Positions 39,101 through 49,400 of a DNA stretch of 64,000 nt are shown here, in pieces. The DNA comes from Eledone cirrhosa. Taxonomy: Eukaryota. Location: NCBI GenBank assembly GCA_964016885.1, contig OZ024741.1:110918001-110982000 (forward strand), in the 5' to 3' direction. The stretch's first letter is position 1; every line of letters starts with the position of its first letter. Position numbers and translations under genes: made by a program. The notes under the pieces are model-generated. The model did not search any database. It saw only the letters and a program-made list of their open reading frames with translations, and was not told the DNA's origin.

Positions 39101-40195
39101 TATTCTCTTTAACTCAGCGGTGGTGGTGGTAACTTCCGGCTGTCTACCAGTTTCCTTGGTTACACATCAGCTCAAGGAGGGACATTGCCCATGGTGAAGG
39201 ATGGTTATGGAATATTTTATCACATTGAAGAAAATAAGTAAGTAATGAAATGTTCATTGTTATAGAAGGAGGAGAGTCTAAGTAATGTTATAGAGTAAAG
39301 AGAGATAATATGTAACCCAGAATAAAAATCATCAAATTGCAATCCTAATATATTTAAAAGGCTTGGAGCTTTCATTTAATTTTAAATAAATGATAGATTT
39401 TGATAGCTTATTTGTGGAGTTAACTTAACATGACTTGTGGGAGTGGCACGGTACCAACTATTGGCAATTTAAGTTAATGTAATAATAGTTTACTTGAAGC
39501 ATTGTGGACTATTAAAAGTAGGTGGGTTTAAAAAGCCACTACGTTGCACATAAGGTTGTAAATAGAGGTAAGAGGAGAAATATGAAATTCAGTAGCATTG
39601 CTAATATTTATTATGGATGAACTATCCATTTTCAAAGGTGCTGTTGAGGACTTTGGAAAGTAGTTGGCTGCTGGTTATCTTTTGGTAATTACCCAAGATT
39701 CATGACCATAAGTAAGAGTTGGCACAAATACCATATTGAAAATAGGGAGTTTGGCTTTTACTCCTACCTCCCTTCTGGTAACAATGCTAAAGCTGGCACA
39801 TTACTGCACCAGCTCAGCCTTCCATCATCCATGATCATGGCCCCAAGATAATTGAATTTCTCCACCTGCTTCAGTGGAACTCCACTCATATGTAGAGTGC
39901 ACTACACATAATTCCTTGAGAGGACTTTATTTGCTGACCTGAAGTTAGATTCCAGCTTAACCCCAAAGTCTTCCCATGTCTTATCTACTGTTAATAATCT
40001 AATTATGCTGGGTTTAATTTTAAAAGTAAAAAATTGTGTATTTTCTCTTCATTTTTCCCTAGAATATGTGTGTTTACTTCATCATTCCAAGACGGTGGCA
40101 ATATTGATTGTGTGGCATTCAACAAACACCTTTCTGAAGTTTTCGATGAGATGAAAGAGCTCTTGGAAGTAACTTCCAAAGTTGCTCATCTCTGA
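18059..40195 (+). CDS. CROT: Peroxisomal carnitine O-octanoyltransferase (choline/carnitine acyltransferase family), 15 coding exons, ~617 aa
   Basis: Exons 18059-18182, 19203-19327, 20319-20500, 23228-23355, 24230-24435, 25126-25239, 26186-26287, 26812-26895, 29598-29705, 31103-31233, 32288-32411, 32944-33022, 34272-34365, 39118-39237, 40063-40195. All are GT-AG with matching phases and sum to 1854 nt. Family motifs: TFQHQDSLLSLPCP, NWLEKWW, NRWFDKS, DHAPSDG (catalytic His), TYETA, GRTETIRS, GCDRHL, SGGGGNFRLSTS. Ends KVAHL*. Confidence 0.93.
19203..19327 (+). CDS. CROT: CROT coding exon 2 (VQPHVS...NERNW)
   Basis: AG/GT sites, phase 1 to 0. Confidence 0.9.
20319..20500 (+). CDS. CROT: CROT coding exon 3 (LEKWWEDLAYL...)
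   Basis: AG/GT sites; overlaps ORF 20271..20504. Confidence 0.9.
20700..21030 (+). mobile_element. CRE-like RLE 3' fragment in CROT intron
   Basis: AEERKINKY...FAPVAVETS...WLLQRASLVIVRRNA in ORF 20554..21087; related fragments at 46770-46900 (+) and 56990-57480 (-). Confidence 0.7.
21710..22040 (+). mobile_element. SINE family B: shares the GCCTTTCATCC core with family A but has a different 3' tail
   Basis: Tail AAATGCCC.AGAAATGC...AACTCC.CCAGGAGTTATGGG; copies at 26365-26630 (-), 33450-33735 and 38050-38410. Confidence 0.6.
23228..23355 (+). CDS. CROT: CROT coding exon 4 (...LCMSQYHNIFTTCRVPG...)
   Basis: AG/GT sites; MxQY...CRVPG family motif. Confidence 0.9.
23648..24075 (+). repeat. 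~45-bp minisatellite (about 7 units) inside an RTE-tail-bearing repeat
   Basis: Unit AGTGCTGGTGCCACAATAAAATGCACCCAATCCACTGTAAAGT, followed by AACCCATGC...GTAAAATGATGA tail. Confidence 0.75.
24230..24435 (+). CDS. CROT: CROT coding exon 5 (HIVVMCRGRMF...DRISWAK)
   Basis: AG/GT sites; ORF 24229..24447. Confidence 0.9.
25126..25239 (+). CDS. CROT: CROT coding exon 6 (YYNELQ...IVSLDEECP...)
   Basis: AG/GT sites, phase 0/0. Confidence 0.88.
26186..26287 (+). CDS. CROT: CROT coding exon 7 (NRWFDKS)
   Basis: AG/GT sites; family signature NRWFDK. Confidence 0.92.
26812..26895 (+). CDS. CROT: CROT coding exon 8 (HAPSDGM, catalytic His)
   Basis: AG/GT sites; HxxxDG motif. Confidence 0.9.
27617..29000 (+). 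mobile_element. Degenerate AT-rich Penelope-like element: GIY-YIG remnant, long 3' region, hammerhead
   Basis: 27617-27930 reads FVGSTSTDFKSRFNNHKCSF...WEIISKAPSY...NCSLFVEE...LFSSCKHR, similar to ORF 1595..2461. Confidence 0.65.
28863..28928 (+). ncRNA. Type I hammerhead ribozyme, sense within a CROT intron
   Basis: tattttat-CTGATGA-[aatcgcacca...tggttgccctt]-GAAA-tatata-TA-ataaaatg; 7-8-bp stem I; palindromic stem III ATATATAT. Confidence 0.68.
29598..29705 (+). CDS. CROT: CROT coding exon 9 (GSMTIRNLKPPKEIIF...)
   Basis: AG/GT sites, phase 0/0. Confidence 0.87.
31103..31233 (+). CDS. CROT: CROT coding exon 10 (...KLHPDTHVQLALQ...)
   Basis: AG/GT sites; HPDxxxQLALQ motif. Confidence 0.9.
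32288..32411 (+). CDS. CROT: CROT coding exon 11 (TYETATSR...GRTETIRSC)
   Basis: AG/GT sites; family motif. Confidence 0.92.
32944..33022 (+). CDS. CROT: CROT coding exon 12 (KTEKFNLM...QNLE)
   Basis: AAG acceptor and GT donor, phase 0 to 1. Confidence 0.82.
33073..33420. repeat. 46-bp tandem repeat (two related 23-bp halves), about 7 copies; degenerate 23-mers continue at 33740-34210
   Basis: GTATATGTCAATTATATATATTTCTATATATCAGCTATACATATAG repeated. Confidence 0.85.
34272..34365 (+). CDS. CROT: CROT coding exon 13 (GCDRHLLAL...)
   Basis: AG/GT sites; DRHL motif. Confidence 0.92.
35232..35526 (+). mobile_element. tRNA-derived SINE with RTE-derived 3' tail
   Basis: B box GAGTTCAATTC, central CCTTGAGCAAGACACTT, tail GGTGTTAGGAAGGGCATCCAG...GCGGACGTAAAATGATGATG; similar copy ~30535-30905. 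Confidence 0.68.
35527..38040 (-). mobile_element. RTE-clade LINE, 5'-truncated and frameshifted
   Basis: QFGFVPGRGTTDA, AFVDLEKAFDRVP, GVHQGSVLSPLLF, LLYADDL, RRLRWYGHVMR, RGVGRPK; 3' end in (ATG)n. Confidence 0.9.
39118..39237 (+). CDS. CROT: CROT coding exon 14 (SGGGGNFRLSTS...)
   Basis: AG/GT sites; STS motif and CROT-typical GGGGNF. Confidence 0.92.
40063..40195 (+). CDS. CROT: CROT final coding exon ending ...SKVAHL*
   Basis: AG at 40061-62, TGA at 40193-95; PTS1-like AHL. Confidence 0.88.
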
Positions 40196-40317
40196 GTAAG
40201 AAATCAACTAAATTGTAATGTAAACATTCCAAAAGTACTAAATTTCATTTTCCACACACACCAGGACAAGGTAATTGAACAATATGCAAATATTGTCTAT
40301 TTATGTAGTATTGTAGA

Positions 40318-40323
40318 TTTATT
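40318..40323 (-). terminator. Candidate ZNF622 polyadenylation signal AATAAA
   Basis: TTTATT on +, 30 nt past the ZNF622 stop. Confidence 0.45.
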
Positions 40324-40337
40324 ATATAACACCTGAA

Positions 40338-40343
40338 AATAAA
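40338..40343 (+). terminator. Candidate CROT polyadenylation signal AATAAA
   Basis: First AATAAA seen downstream of the CROT stop. Confidence 0.5.
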
Positions 40344-40352
40344 ATACTTCTT

Positions 40353-40480
40353 TTAGAATACCACTTGTGGTCGGAAGTGCTTCTGTAATTTATTGGCTTT
40401 TATGCTTAGACGAAGGTTTCGTTTGGCACGAAGATTCTGGACGTATGCCACATCTTTGGCTTTCTTCTGTGCTGCGTGAC
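40353..40480 (-). CDS. ZNF622: ZNF622 final coding exon (...NKLQKHFRPQVVF*)
   Basis: AG at 40482-81, TAA at 40355-53; Rei1-type C-terminus. Confidence 0.9.
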
Positions 40481-43400
40481 CTAAAAATAATGGCAGAAAA
40501 TAGTCAATGTCTTTTAATTAAATGGACCTCATTATATTACTGGTATTTATACATATTTTACCAATCCTTGAGAATGAGAGGTAAGGTTGACTAACAGAAT
40601 TTCAACTCAAAACTAAAAAAAGATTAGAAACTAAATATGATAAAGCATTTATTCTGGCACTCTACTATCTGTGCCACTTAGCTGCTTTATCCTTGAAATA
40701 TCTTTCTTTAATCCTTTCCTTGCAATATTTCTAAGGAAAATCACTATAATAATAATAATGAAATTATTGTGTACACTGCTCAGGTGCTCTACAACTCGTC
40801 AAAGGTGCATGTATAGTACATAGAATAATATACAAATGTCAGAAAGTGAATAATAGTGTATGAGTCATGATATACATGTGTATGGAGAGGGAATATTAGG
40901 TGTAGTGTTGGCGAATCTCAGGAAGCATGGAGGTTATAAAGGATGCAGGTAGTTTGTTCCATGCTTCAGCAACTCTGAGCGTGAAAAGATGTTTCTGAAA
41001 GTCATGGGATATGTGCTGTTTTCTGATTTTGTTGGCATGCCCATGTGGGTTAGCCACATGGAAGTCAAAAAGGTACTCAGGGTTGTTGTTGACAAGATGG
41101 TTAATAATTTTGTGGGTGTTTACCAAGTCAGTTGCCAGATGTTGGAGCTTCAATGTATCCATGCCCAGGGAAGCAAGGCGTTCAGAGTATGGTAGATGCC
41201 TGATGGAGGGTATTTGCTTGGTTGCACATCTCTGAACAGTTTCCAGGCAGTCAATGTTCTGAGCAAGATAGGGGGTCCAGACTAGTGATGTAAATTATAA
41301 GTGTGGCCACACTATAGCTATATACAGCTTTAACTAGAGAGGTGGAGAGTGGCTGACAAAGGTCTTGCTGAGTGATGCTAAGACACCTTCGGCCTTCTTG
41401 ACAATTTTAGAGATGTGCTTCATCCAATGCAAATCGCTGCTGACAGTAAGTCACAGGTCAGTAAGCGCAGGTCACGTTCACAAGAAGATTTCTTGATATT
41501 AGTGTTGTGGAGGGAGTATGTGGACACTGGATTTTTACTCCCAAAATGCATGGCGGTACACTTGTCCACAGCCAGCTTGAGTTGCCAGTCCATGATCCAT
41601 TGTTGCATTGTGTCCAGGTTAGATTGCTGGCAAGATCTATAGTGTTCAAGATACAGCTTGATGTCATCTGCATATTTCAGTACTGTGGTATTCTTTAAGT
41701 TGGCATCTATGTCATTAATATATGCCTCAAACAAAAGGGGGCCAAAAACAGATCCTGTGGCACACCAGATGACATCTCATACAGTGAGGAATGCTGTCCT
41801 AGAACCGTGACTACCTCTCTTCGACTGAGAATGAAGGACTTCAACCAGTTAAAAAGATCATCCTTCACATCCATTGCAGAGAGTTTTGCCATAGGTCTTT
41901 TGTGTGGCACAGAATTGAAAGCTTTAGCAAAGTCAAGGTAAACAATATCTACCCATGAACCGTCATCAGTGATCCGTTCAAGAAACTCGATAAATTGATC
42001 ACAGTAGCTGGAGTTAGGGATAAATCCAAATTGTGAGGGCCGGATAAGACTGAGAGTTCCAGAAGTTCCAAAGTGTTTCTCAGACACAGGATTCCATCAG
42101 TTTGGTAATGCAGCTAGTAAGACTGACTGGATGATAGTTCACAGATGATGTGCGGTCACCCTTTTTGAACAGAGGAATGACTCTAGCAGTTTTCCACTGT
42201 TCTGGAGTAGCACTGTTATTCAGACAGAATTGGAAGAAGCGTGATAGCTGGTGCAGAAGGAAGTACCCACCACATGAGAAGCAGGTACGTAACACCATCA
42301 AGACTAGGAGGCATGGTTGCGTTTAATTTTAAGGTGACATCGCAGCATTGCGGGTGTAAATCCCATATTTGTAATAGAATCCGATGTCAGAGGTGGTGGA
42401 GATGGTACACTCTGGTCTTCAACAGTGAAAATGCCTGCATAGCATTCAGCAATGAGTTCTGGGCATTCCTTGGGGGTCGTCAGTAACCTGGCTTGTGTGG
42501 GGATTGTGAAGAGGACCAACTGGAGAGTGAGGCCTCTGCTTTGAGTGAACATACTTCCAGGTTACCTTACTGTCAGGGTTGGTTGCTATGCGCTGTTCAA
42601 TTCAAGCACTGGACTTTTTGTCACCTGCTTGAGATGGCTGGATGATTTATTTCGCTTTTTCCTATTGATATCTGATTTATGCAGTTTGTACTCATGTTCA
42701 GCATTGACATTCTTTCCTGGCAAGACAGACTGCTGCAATCTCCCAAATTGCACTTTTGGGATGTTTTTTCTACTTACATGGCACTGATACTGCACATACT
42801 GTCCATATTGAGTTCAGGATGTTCTGGAGTACAGTGTTAACATCTCCAGAGTCATAAAACTCAAGCCAGTTTGGACGTTGCAGCTCGGTGCAGTAACAGT
42901 TCCAGTCTGCTTTATTCCAGTCAAAGTGAGCAGTTTGGAGATGGTTGTGGTTTTTGTTACTGCACATGAGGGTCAGATTGGTAATGATCATAGCATGATC
43001 AGAGTCACCTAAAGGTTCCTCAGTAGTAACACTAATAACCATTTCAGGAGTAGTGGTGGAGAAAATAATCCAAGAATTATTGTTAGTGTTTGGAACAAAG
43101 GTTCTTACATAAAATTATGATGGAAGATTTTTAAATAAATGTACACATTTTAAAATAAAATAAAATTTTGTACCAGAGAACCAGGAACAGTTTAGTATCA
43201 AAAGAGTATAAACAAAACTGAAAAAAAACTTACCAGAAGTTCCGGTCCATCCAAGAGATTTGTACTGAGCAAGCAGCCGAGGTAATAACTTCCCAGCTTG
43301 GGAATATTTGCGTGGTGGCAGGTTTTGTTTGTAATATAACTGAAGTGACCGATGGCCTATTGTTGCACCTGCAAATAAAGACAAACAAACAGAAAGAAGT

Positions 43401-46400
43401 CAGCAAGTTTTACTAATGCCTGGAAAACCAAACAACAATCTTGACCAGTAATAACTGATTATATAAACTTAGGAATAGTATATATTGTGATTTTGCAGTC
43501 AAAACTAATTTAACTATTTTGTTTCTACATTTTTAATGAAATACACTATTTTAATGTATTAGTGAAAAATTGGTTACTAAAATTGTAAATGCATTTAATT
43601 AAAGATAGTATTTAAAACATAAAAGGATCTTGTAATTATATTAGTAAGAGCTAATTTAAATAGGAACCCTTTAAAATGTGTAGTTTTGTTTCATATAACC
43701 AGAAGCAGTTTGGGGTGGGTTGGTATCAAAAGGTTTAAACAATATTAAGATACAAAAAATATGCAATCTTTCCTGTACTGCTCAACTTGGCAATATCTTG
43801 CCAAATGCGGGTAATTCCAGTATGATTATCATCATTTCCATTTTGCGTCAATTCCGGGAGGCAAGGCTGGTCACGTCGCACCTTGTTCCGGCAAGGATTA
43901 TAAATTTGGCTGAGTATTTTACAGCTGGAAGCCCTTCCTAACACCAACCATATATTGACATAAGACCAGAAATAGGAATGGATATTGTTGATAGAATCTA
44001 CATCATCATCATCATCATCATCACCGTTTTACGTCCGTTCTTCCACGCTAGCATGGGTTAGACGGGTTGTCCTGTTGTGGGCAGTGTCTGGTCGGCTGAC
44101 CATGCCTTGCTCATACAGGAACTGATCTGGCTTGATTTCTACAGCTGGATGCCCTTCCTAACACCAACCTCATTTACAGTGAGTGCTGGGTGCTTTTTCG
44201 TGGCGCCTACACGTCCACTTTACAGTGTGGGCTGGGTGCTTTTTTGCCGTGGCACCTCCACGACCACCTTGCGGTGGGGGGGGGGGGGAGGGGGGGCATA
44301 TTGTTTATATGCTTCAGCATGTACCCATGGGAGGTCGGGTACCCTGTATTACTGCGTGACGCCAGAAGTCACGGTCGTGTGTCATTGACTTTGAGAGGTG
44401 TAGTTGGGTAAGGTCGGCTTTTATCACCTCATCCCAAGTCATCTTGGGTCTCCCCACTCCGCGGTTTCCATCAACTTCTAGTGCTCTGCACCTTTTTATG
44501 CAGCTGTCATCCTTCATACGCATCACATGTCCATACCAGCGTAACCGCCTCTCCTGCACGCAGCATTTGATTCCTCTTATGCTCAGTCTCTCTCTCAATT
44601 CATTTATGCTTTGTCGTTCACGTATATTACTGGTCCTTATTTGAATTTCGGATGTTAACTGTCCAGCACTAAACCATTTCTTCAAGACAGCCTAATTGTT
44701 CTACACATGAGATAACAACAAACCAGCTTCTGAATATAAAGAAGTAAATATGACAACTTCTGTGCTATGTCACAAAAAATGCACTCAGTACATCCTGTAA
44801 GATGATTGGTGATAGGAAAATTATCCAGCCATAGAAAACCATGCCAAAAAAGGGTTGAGAGAACTTTTCAGTTGTGTCAAAGGCATTTTTAACGTTGGTG
44901 ACACAGTAAGGTTAAGGGACAACAACGTTTATAGAGGTGGTGACAATAAGATGCACTCAGTAGATTGAAGTGGTTGGTGATAAGAAAAGTATACAGCTGT
45001 AAAGAATTTGTTAAATGATAATGATAAACCAGAAACTTACCAGAAGGTAAAACCAGTTCATAACCATCTGTTTCCAATTCTTCAATATTCACCTCTTCAT
45101 CCTCGTCATCATCTTTAGTGCCTGTCATTTTCTTTTCTTTATAATCTGGATAACTTGATCTGAAGTGATAACAAAATTATTTTCTTTTACTCAATGACAA
45201 CAGGTTTAAAATATTTTTTGTTACATCAAAGAAATAGTGTCTAATGAAAGACACTGTCTATGATTTTCTAATAATTTTGAAAATAATGATTTGGGAGAGA
45301 TTTAGTAATATAACTTTCTCATTATTAAGCTGATGTTTAGAGCATACTTTAAAGGTTCATACTTCAAATTATGATGGAAGGTTTTTACTTAAATATAAAA
45401 TTTGAAAACATTGAAATCCAAATAAAGAGTTACTACAATGACAATAGCTTTAGAAAATCAGGTAAAATACACTTAGCGACAAAAAGTAAGTGGCTAGCAG
45501 CCACTACAGTGATTCAAAATCTGTATATCTTGAATTCCAGCCATGTGCATTAACCACAATAGTGGCTAACAATAGTTTCTGTCTAAATTAAGAACTACAT
45601 ATGATAGCTTTAGTGGCTAGAGCCAGATTTAAACAAATCTTACAATTTATTGAGGCTTTTGGATAATTTGAAATTTCAAAATGTTAAATACAAACAGATA
45701 CAAAGTTTGATTCTTTGTAATGGCTGCTTGCCACATTTTCTTTCCTTAAGGGTTTTTTACCCAATTTTCTAATACTATTACCTTTATCATTATAACAACT
45801 CTGCATTTGGATATCAACATTTTCAAATCATTCAATTGCCTTGCTAAATCGTAAAATTTGTTTTTTGGACCAATAAATATAAATATTTTAGCCCAACAGC
45901 TATGTAAACAATTTCCAAGTTTATATAGGGAAAGTCTTAAATCAAACAGAACAAGGACTTGGAGTAAGAGTTGTGATGGACCTCACAAAGGACATATGTC
46001 AAACTCTTTCAGGAACTTTTATAGAATAGGACCTATGCTTGTGGCACAATAAGAAAAGGAAAGACATGCCAAAAACTGTTACCTCGACAAAATTGAAGCA
46101 ATAAGGTGATAAAATACAGAGGCAAAAAGGGAACCTGGCATCATAAGAGGACTGTGACACTGCTGACCATTTTACATCAGAAACGTGTACCCCCCATTCA
46201 ACGCCTGTAGTCATGATTCGACTACCAATATGAAATGAAAACAAACAACTCACGGCATACTTCAACTTTCATTGACATGTTACTGTCATGACTATACTTC
46301 TAGTTAGAGAGCAAGGGGTTTAGCTGATGTTTAGGTTTTCAGATAAATATAAACTTTTTAATACAAGCAGTTTTATATTGAAGAAACAAGGTAGGTCCAG

Positions 46401-49400
46401 GTGGTTTCATATCAAAAGGGTTAAGGATAAAGATGGACAAAAATTCAATCTATTAGTCATGAGGTTGGGAAGTTTGCTTCACAACAACATAGTTTCGGGT
46501 TTGATTCCACAGTGCAGCACGTTGGGCAAGAGTCCAACTGTAGTCTCAGGCAGACCAATGCCTTACGAGTCAGACTGGGAAAATGGACCCCAAAACGATG
46601 CTGGTGCTCTGTGTGCAGAAGAAACACAAAGTCATGATATTTTACTACATAATAGTATAAACAGTGTCCTCTGGATATGCTGTGGACTTTTTCAGCCTCC
46701 ACCATTATTATACCGTTATAGTGCTGGCCACCTCCCATGCTGCTCTCAATGAGATCATAAAGCATGGCTTGGATGCCGCAAGCTTCCCTTCCCAGCTTGA
46801 ACTAGCGGGGCTGGAAAAAGGCCAAACGGCATAATCCTATTTCTGTTCCTTGGTGGTAAGCTCCTTATCTGGGATGCTTCGTGCTGTGACACCTCCGGCA
46901 TTGTCAGAGAGAGAGAAAGGCTGGTACTTACCTGTAGTCATAAAAGTCTGAATATTCAAGTAAAGCATCTCCTTCATGGAACATCTTGCAGTGATTCTTG
47001 TCCATCATGTGTTGCTGCGCTGATCGAGTGCTGTAAAATGTTTTGCCACGATCATTGCACCACAGACACATATTTCCCTCGCCAACTTTCTCACCTAGAA
47101 AAAAAAAAAGAAGAAATATTGTAAGTAGCAATTTTAGACAGAAAAGAGAAACCAGGCCAGTAACAACAAAAATGCTATTTGTCTGGTCTCAAGTTATTGC
47201 TTTATACTGCCATCTAATATCATTTACATTAAAATATGAGCAGATAATTCATGTAAGAAATTATTGTGTGGAGCTGCTGACTACATGATAAACGCACTCA
47301 GTACATGCTGTAAGGACATCCAGCCATAGAAAGCTTGCCGAAAATAGACATTTCAACCTCTCCTGTGCACTCAGTAGAGTGAGACACCATACATAAGCAA
47401 GATGCAAATCCCTGGCTTGCCTAGGAGATGAGTAGCCCTACTTCAGTACTGACGGTCTATGTAGACCCATCCAACCCTTGATAGCAGGGTAAGTAGATGT
47501 TAAAATGATAATGATGATGATAAAATAGGAAAATTAAAATAGAAAAAAATTTATAGAAAATAATTAGAGAATAAGAAATGAAAGGCAGTTTGAGGTGTAA
47601 TTAATAATTGTTTCTACTTTTAGCACAAGGCAAGCAATTACCCATGTATTACTGGTATTTTATCGACCCCGTATGGAGGAAAGGCAAAGTTAACCTCGGC
47701 GGGATATACTCAGATCGTAAAGGGACGTGACTATGCTGGAAAGCATGTCCGACCCTCTACCGAATAATGTGATTGCCTTGGAAAAGATAGACATGTGGTC
47801 CATATCTTGTTAGTGAGGAAGTGTGTGTGTGTGTGTGTGAGAGATCATCATCATTGTTCAACATCTATGTTCCATGCTTTTATGGGTTAGGTGGGTCGCC
47901 ACGTTATGAAACTAGTCAGGTCAAGTGATCACAGCTCACTCATATGGATCTGCTTAATGGCTTGGTGTGAACTGGGTGCTTTTTATTGTGGCACCAGAAT
48001 GACTACCTAAAAGGGAAGATGGGTGCTTTTTTATTGCGGTACCAGCACAACCACTTAACAGGATGCTTTTTTTGTCGTGACACCAGAACGACCACCTGAC
48101 AAGGTGGACAGTACTTTTTCATATATGTCTCTTTTTAATATTCTGCAATGATTTAACAGAAAATGTCTAAAAACAGGTTTATTAATTTAAATGTTTTATA
48201 TCTTTAATACAAAACCAATCATTCTAAAAATTTGCATTATTAGATTAAAGACTTAAATTTTTAATGTGATGCAGTCATAGTGCTGCGTTGAACTTTTAAA
48301 AGTTAACAATGCATAATTTTACATGAAATTTCACAGAGATACATTTTCAAAAGTGTATATTACGGTTATATTGATTAGATTTTATTCTTTGCAATTCCTA
48401 GTTGCAAAAATGACATTGCATTCTTGTATAAAATCAATGACACTATTGTCATTGATATAATTCATTATCAACATAAAATTGGAAGGCACAAAGAAAAATG
48501 TCCAGGTTTACATTTAATTAAGAACACAGCTCGAAAGAATCCAGTAAATGAAATCATTAATGAACAGAACTGTACGATAATAAAAGTATTTAAAACTTTT
48601 TAATTAAATTTTTTTAATAAATTTCATCAACCTAATTGTAATTTACACATTGGAAAATGTATTTCTACATAATTTCATTAAGTAATTGCTATAAACCAGT
48701 CTAACTATGAGATTGTGGTGAAATATTACTATAGACCAGTCTAACTAGGATATTGTGGAGAAATATTACTATAGACTAGTCTAACGAGGATATTGCAGTG
48801 AATATTACAATAGACTGGTCTAACGAGGAGATTGCAGTGAATATTACAATAGACTGGTCTAACGAGGATATTGTGGTGAAATATTACAATAGACCAGTCT
48901 AACGAGGATATTGTGGTGAAATATTACTATAGACTGGTCTTAGATATTGTGGTAAAATATTACAATAGACCAGTCTAACTAGGATATTGTGGTGAAATAT
49001 TACTGTAGACCAGTCTAACTTGTGGCAAATATTACTACAGACCAGTCTAAGCCACATAAAACCCTCTCTGATACTTATAACATTGAATACATAAATGTAG
49101 AGACATGACAGGGATGAAGCAAAAGTGATTTACCGAGGTAACCAATTAAACCTTCCACATCTGCAAGATATTCAGCATCAGGGATGAAAAAGCTGTGTTC
49201 CCGAGTCATATGTTGCATGTTCTTCTCCAGTGATTTACTGACTACAGGACAGAAGAGGCAAGCTTCAATAGGAAGGGCTTCTCCATCAACACTCTCCCAG
49301 GAACCATCAGAATCACAATCAGAATCTGAAAGAGAAAAGAAAAAAAAAAAAAAACACTAATGAGTTGCAAGAATGACTGAAAAATAACTTTGGATATCAT

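Noticed and set aside
40193-40202. Stop-codon readthrough signal at the CROT end
   Set aside because: Context is TGA-GTA, not TGA-CTAG, and the PTS1 already precedes the stop.
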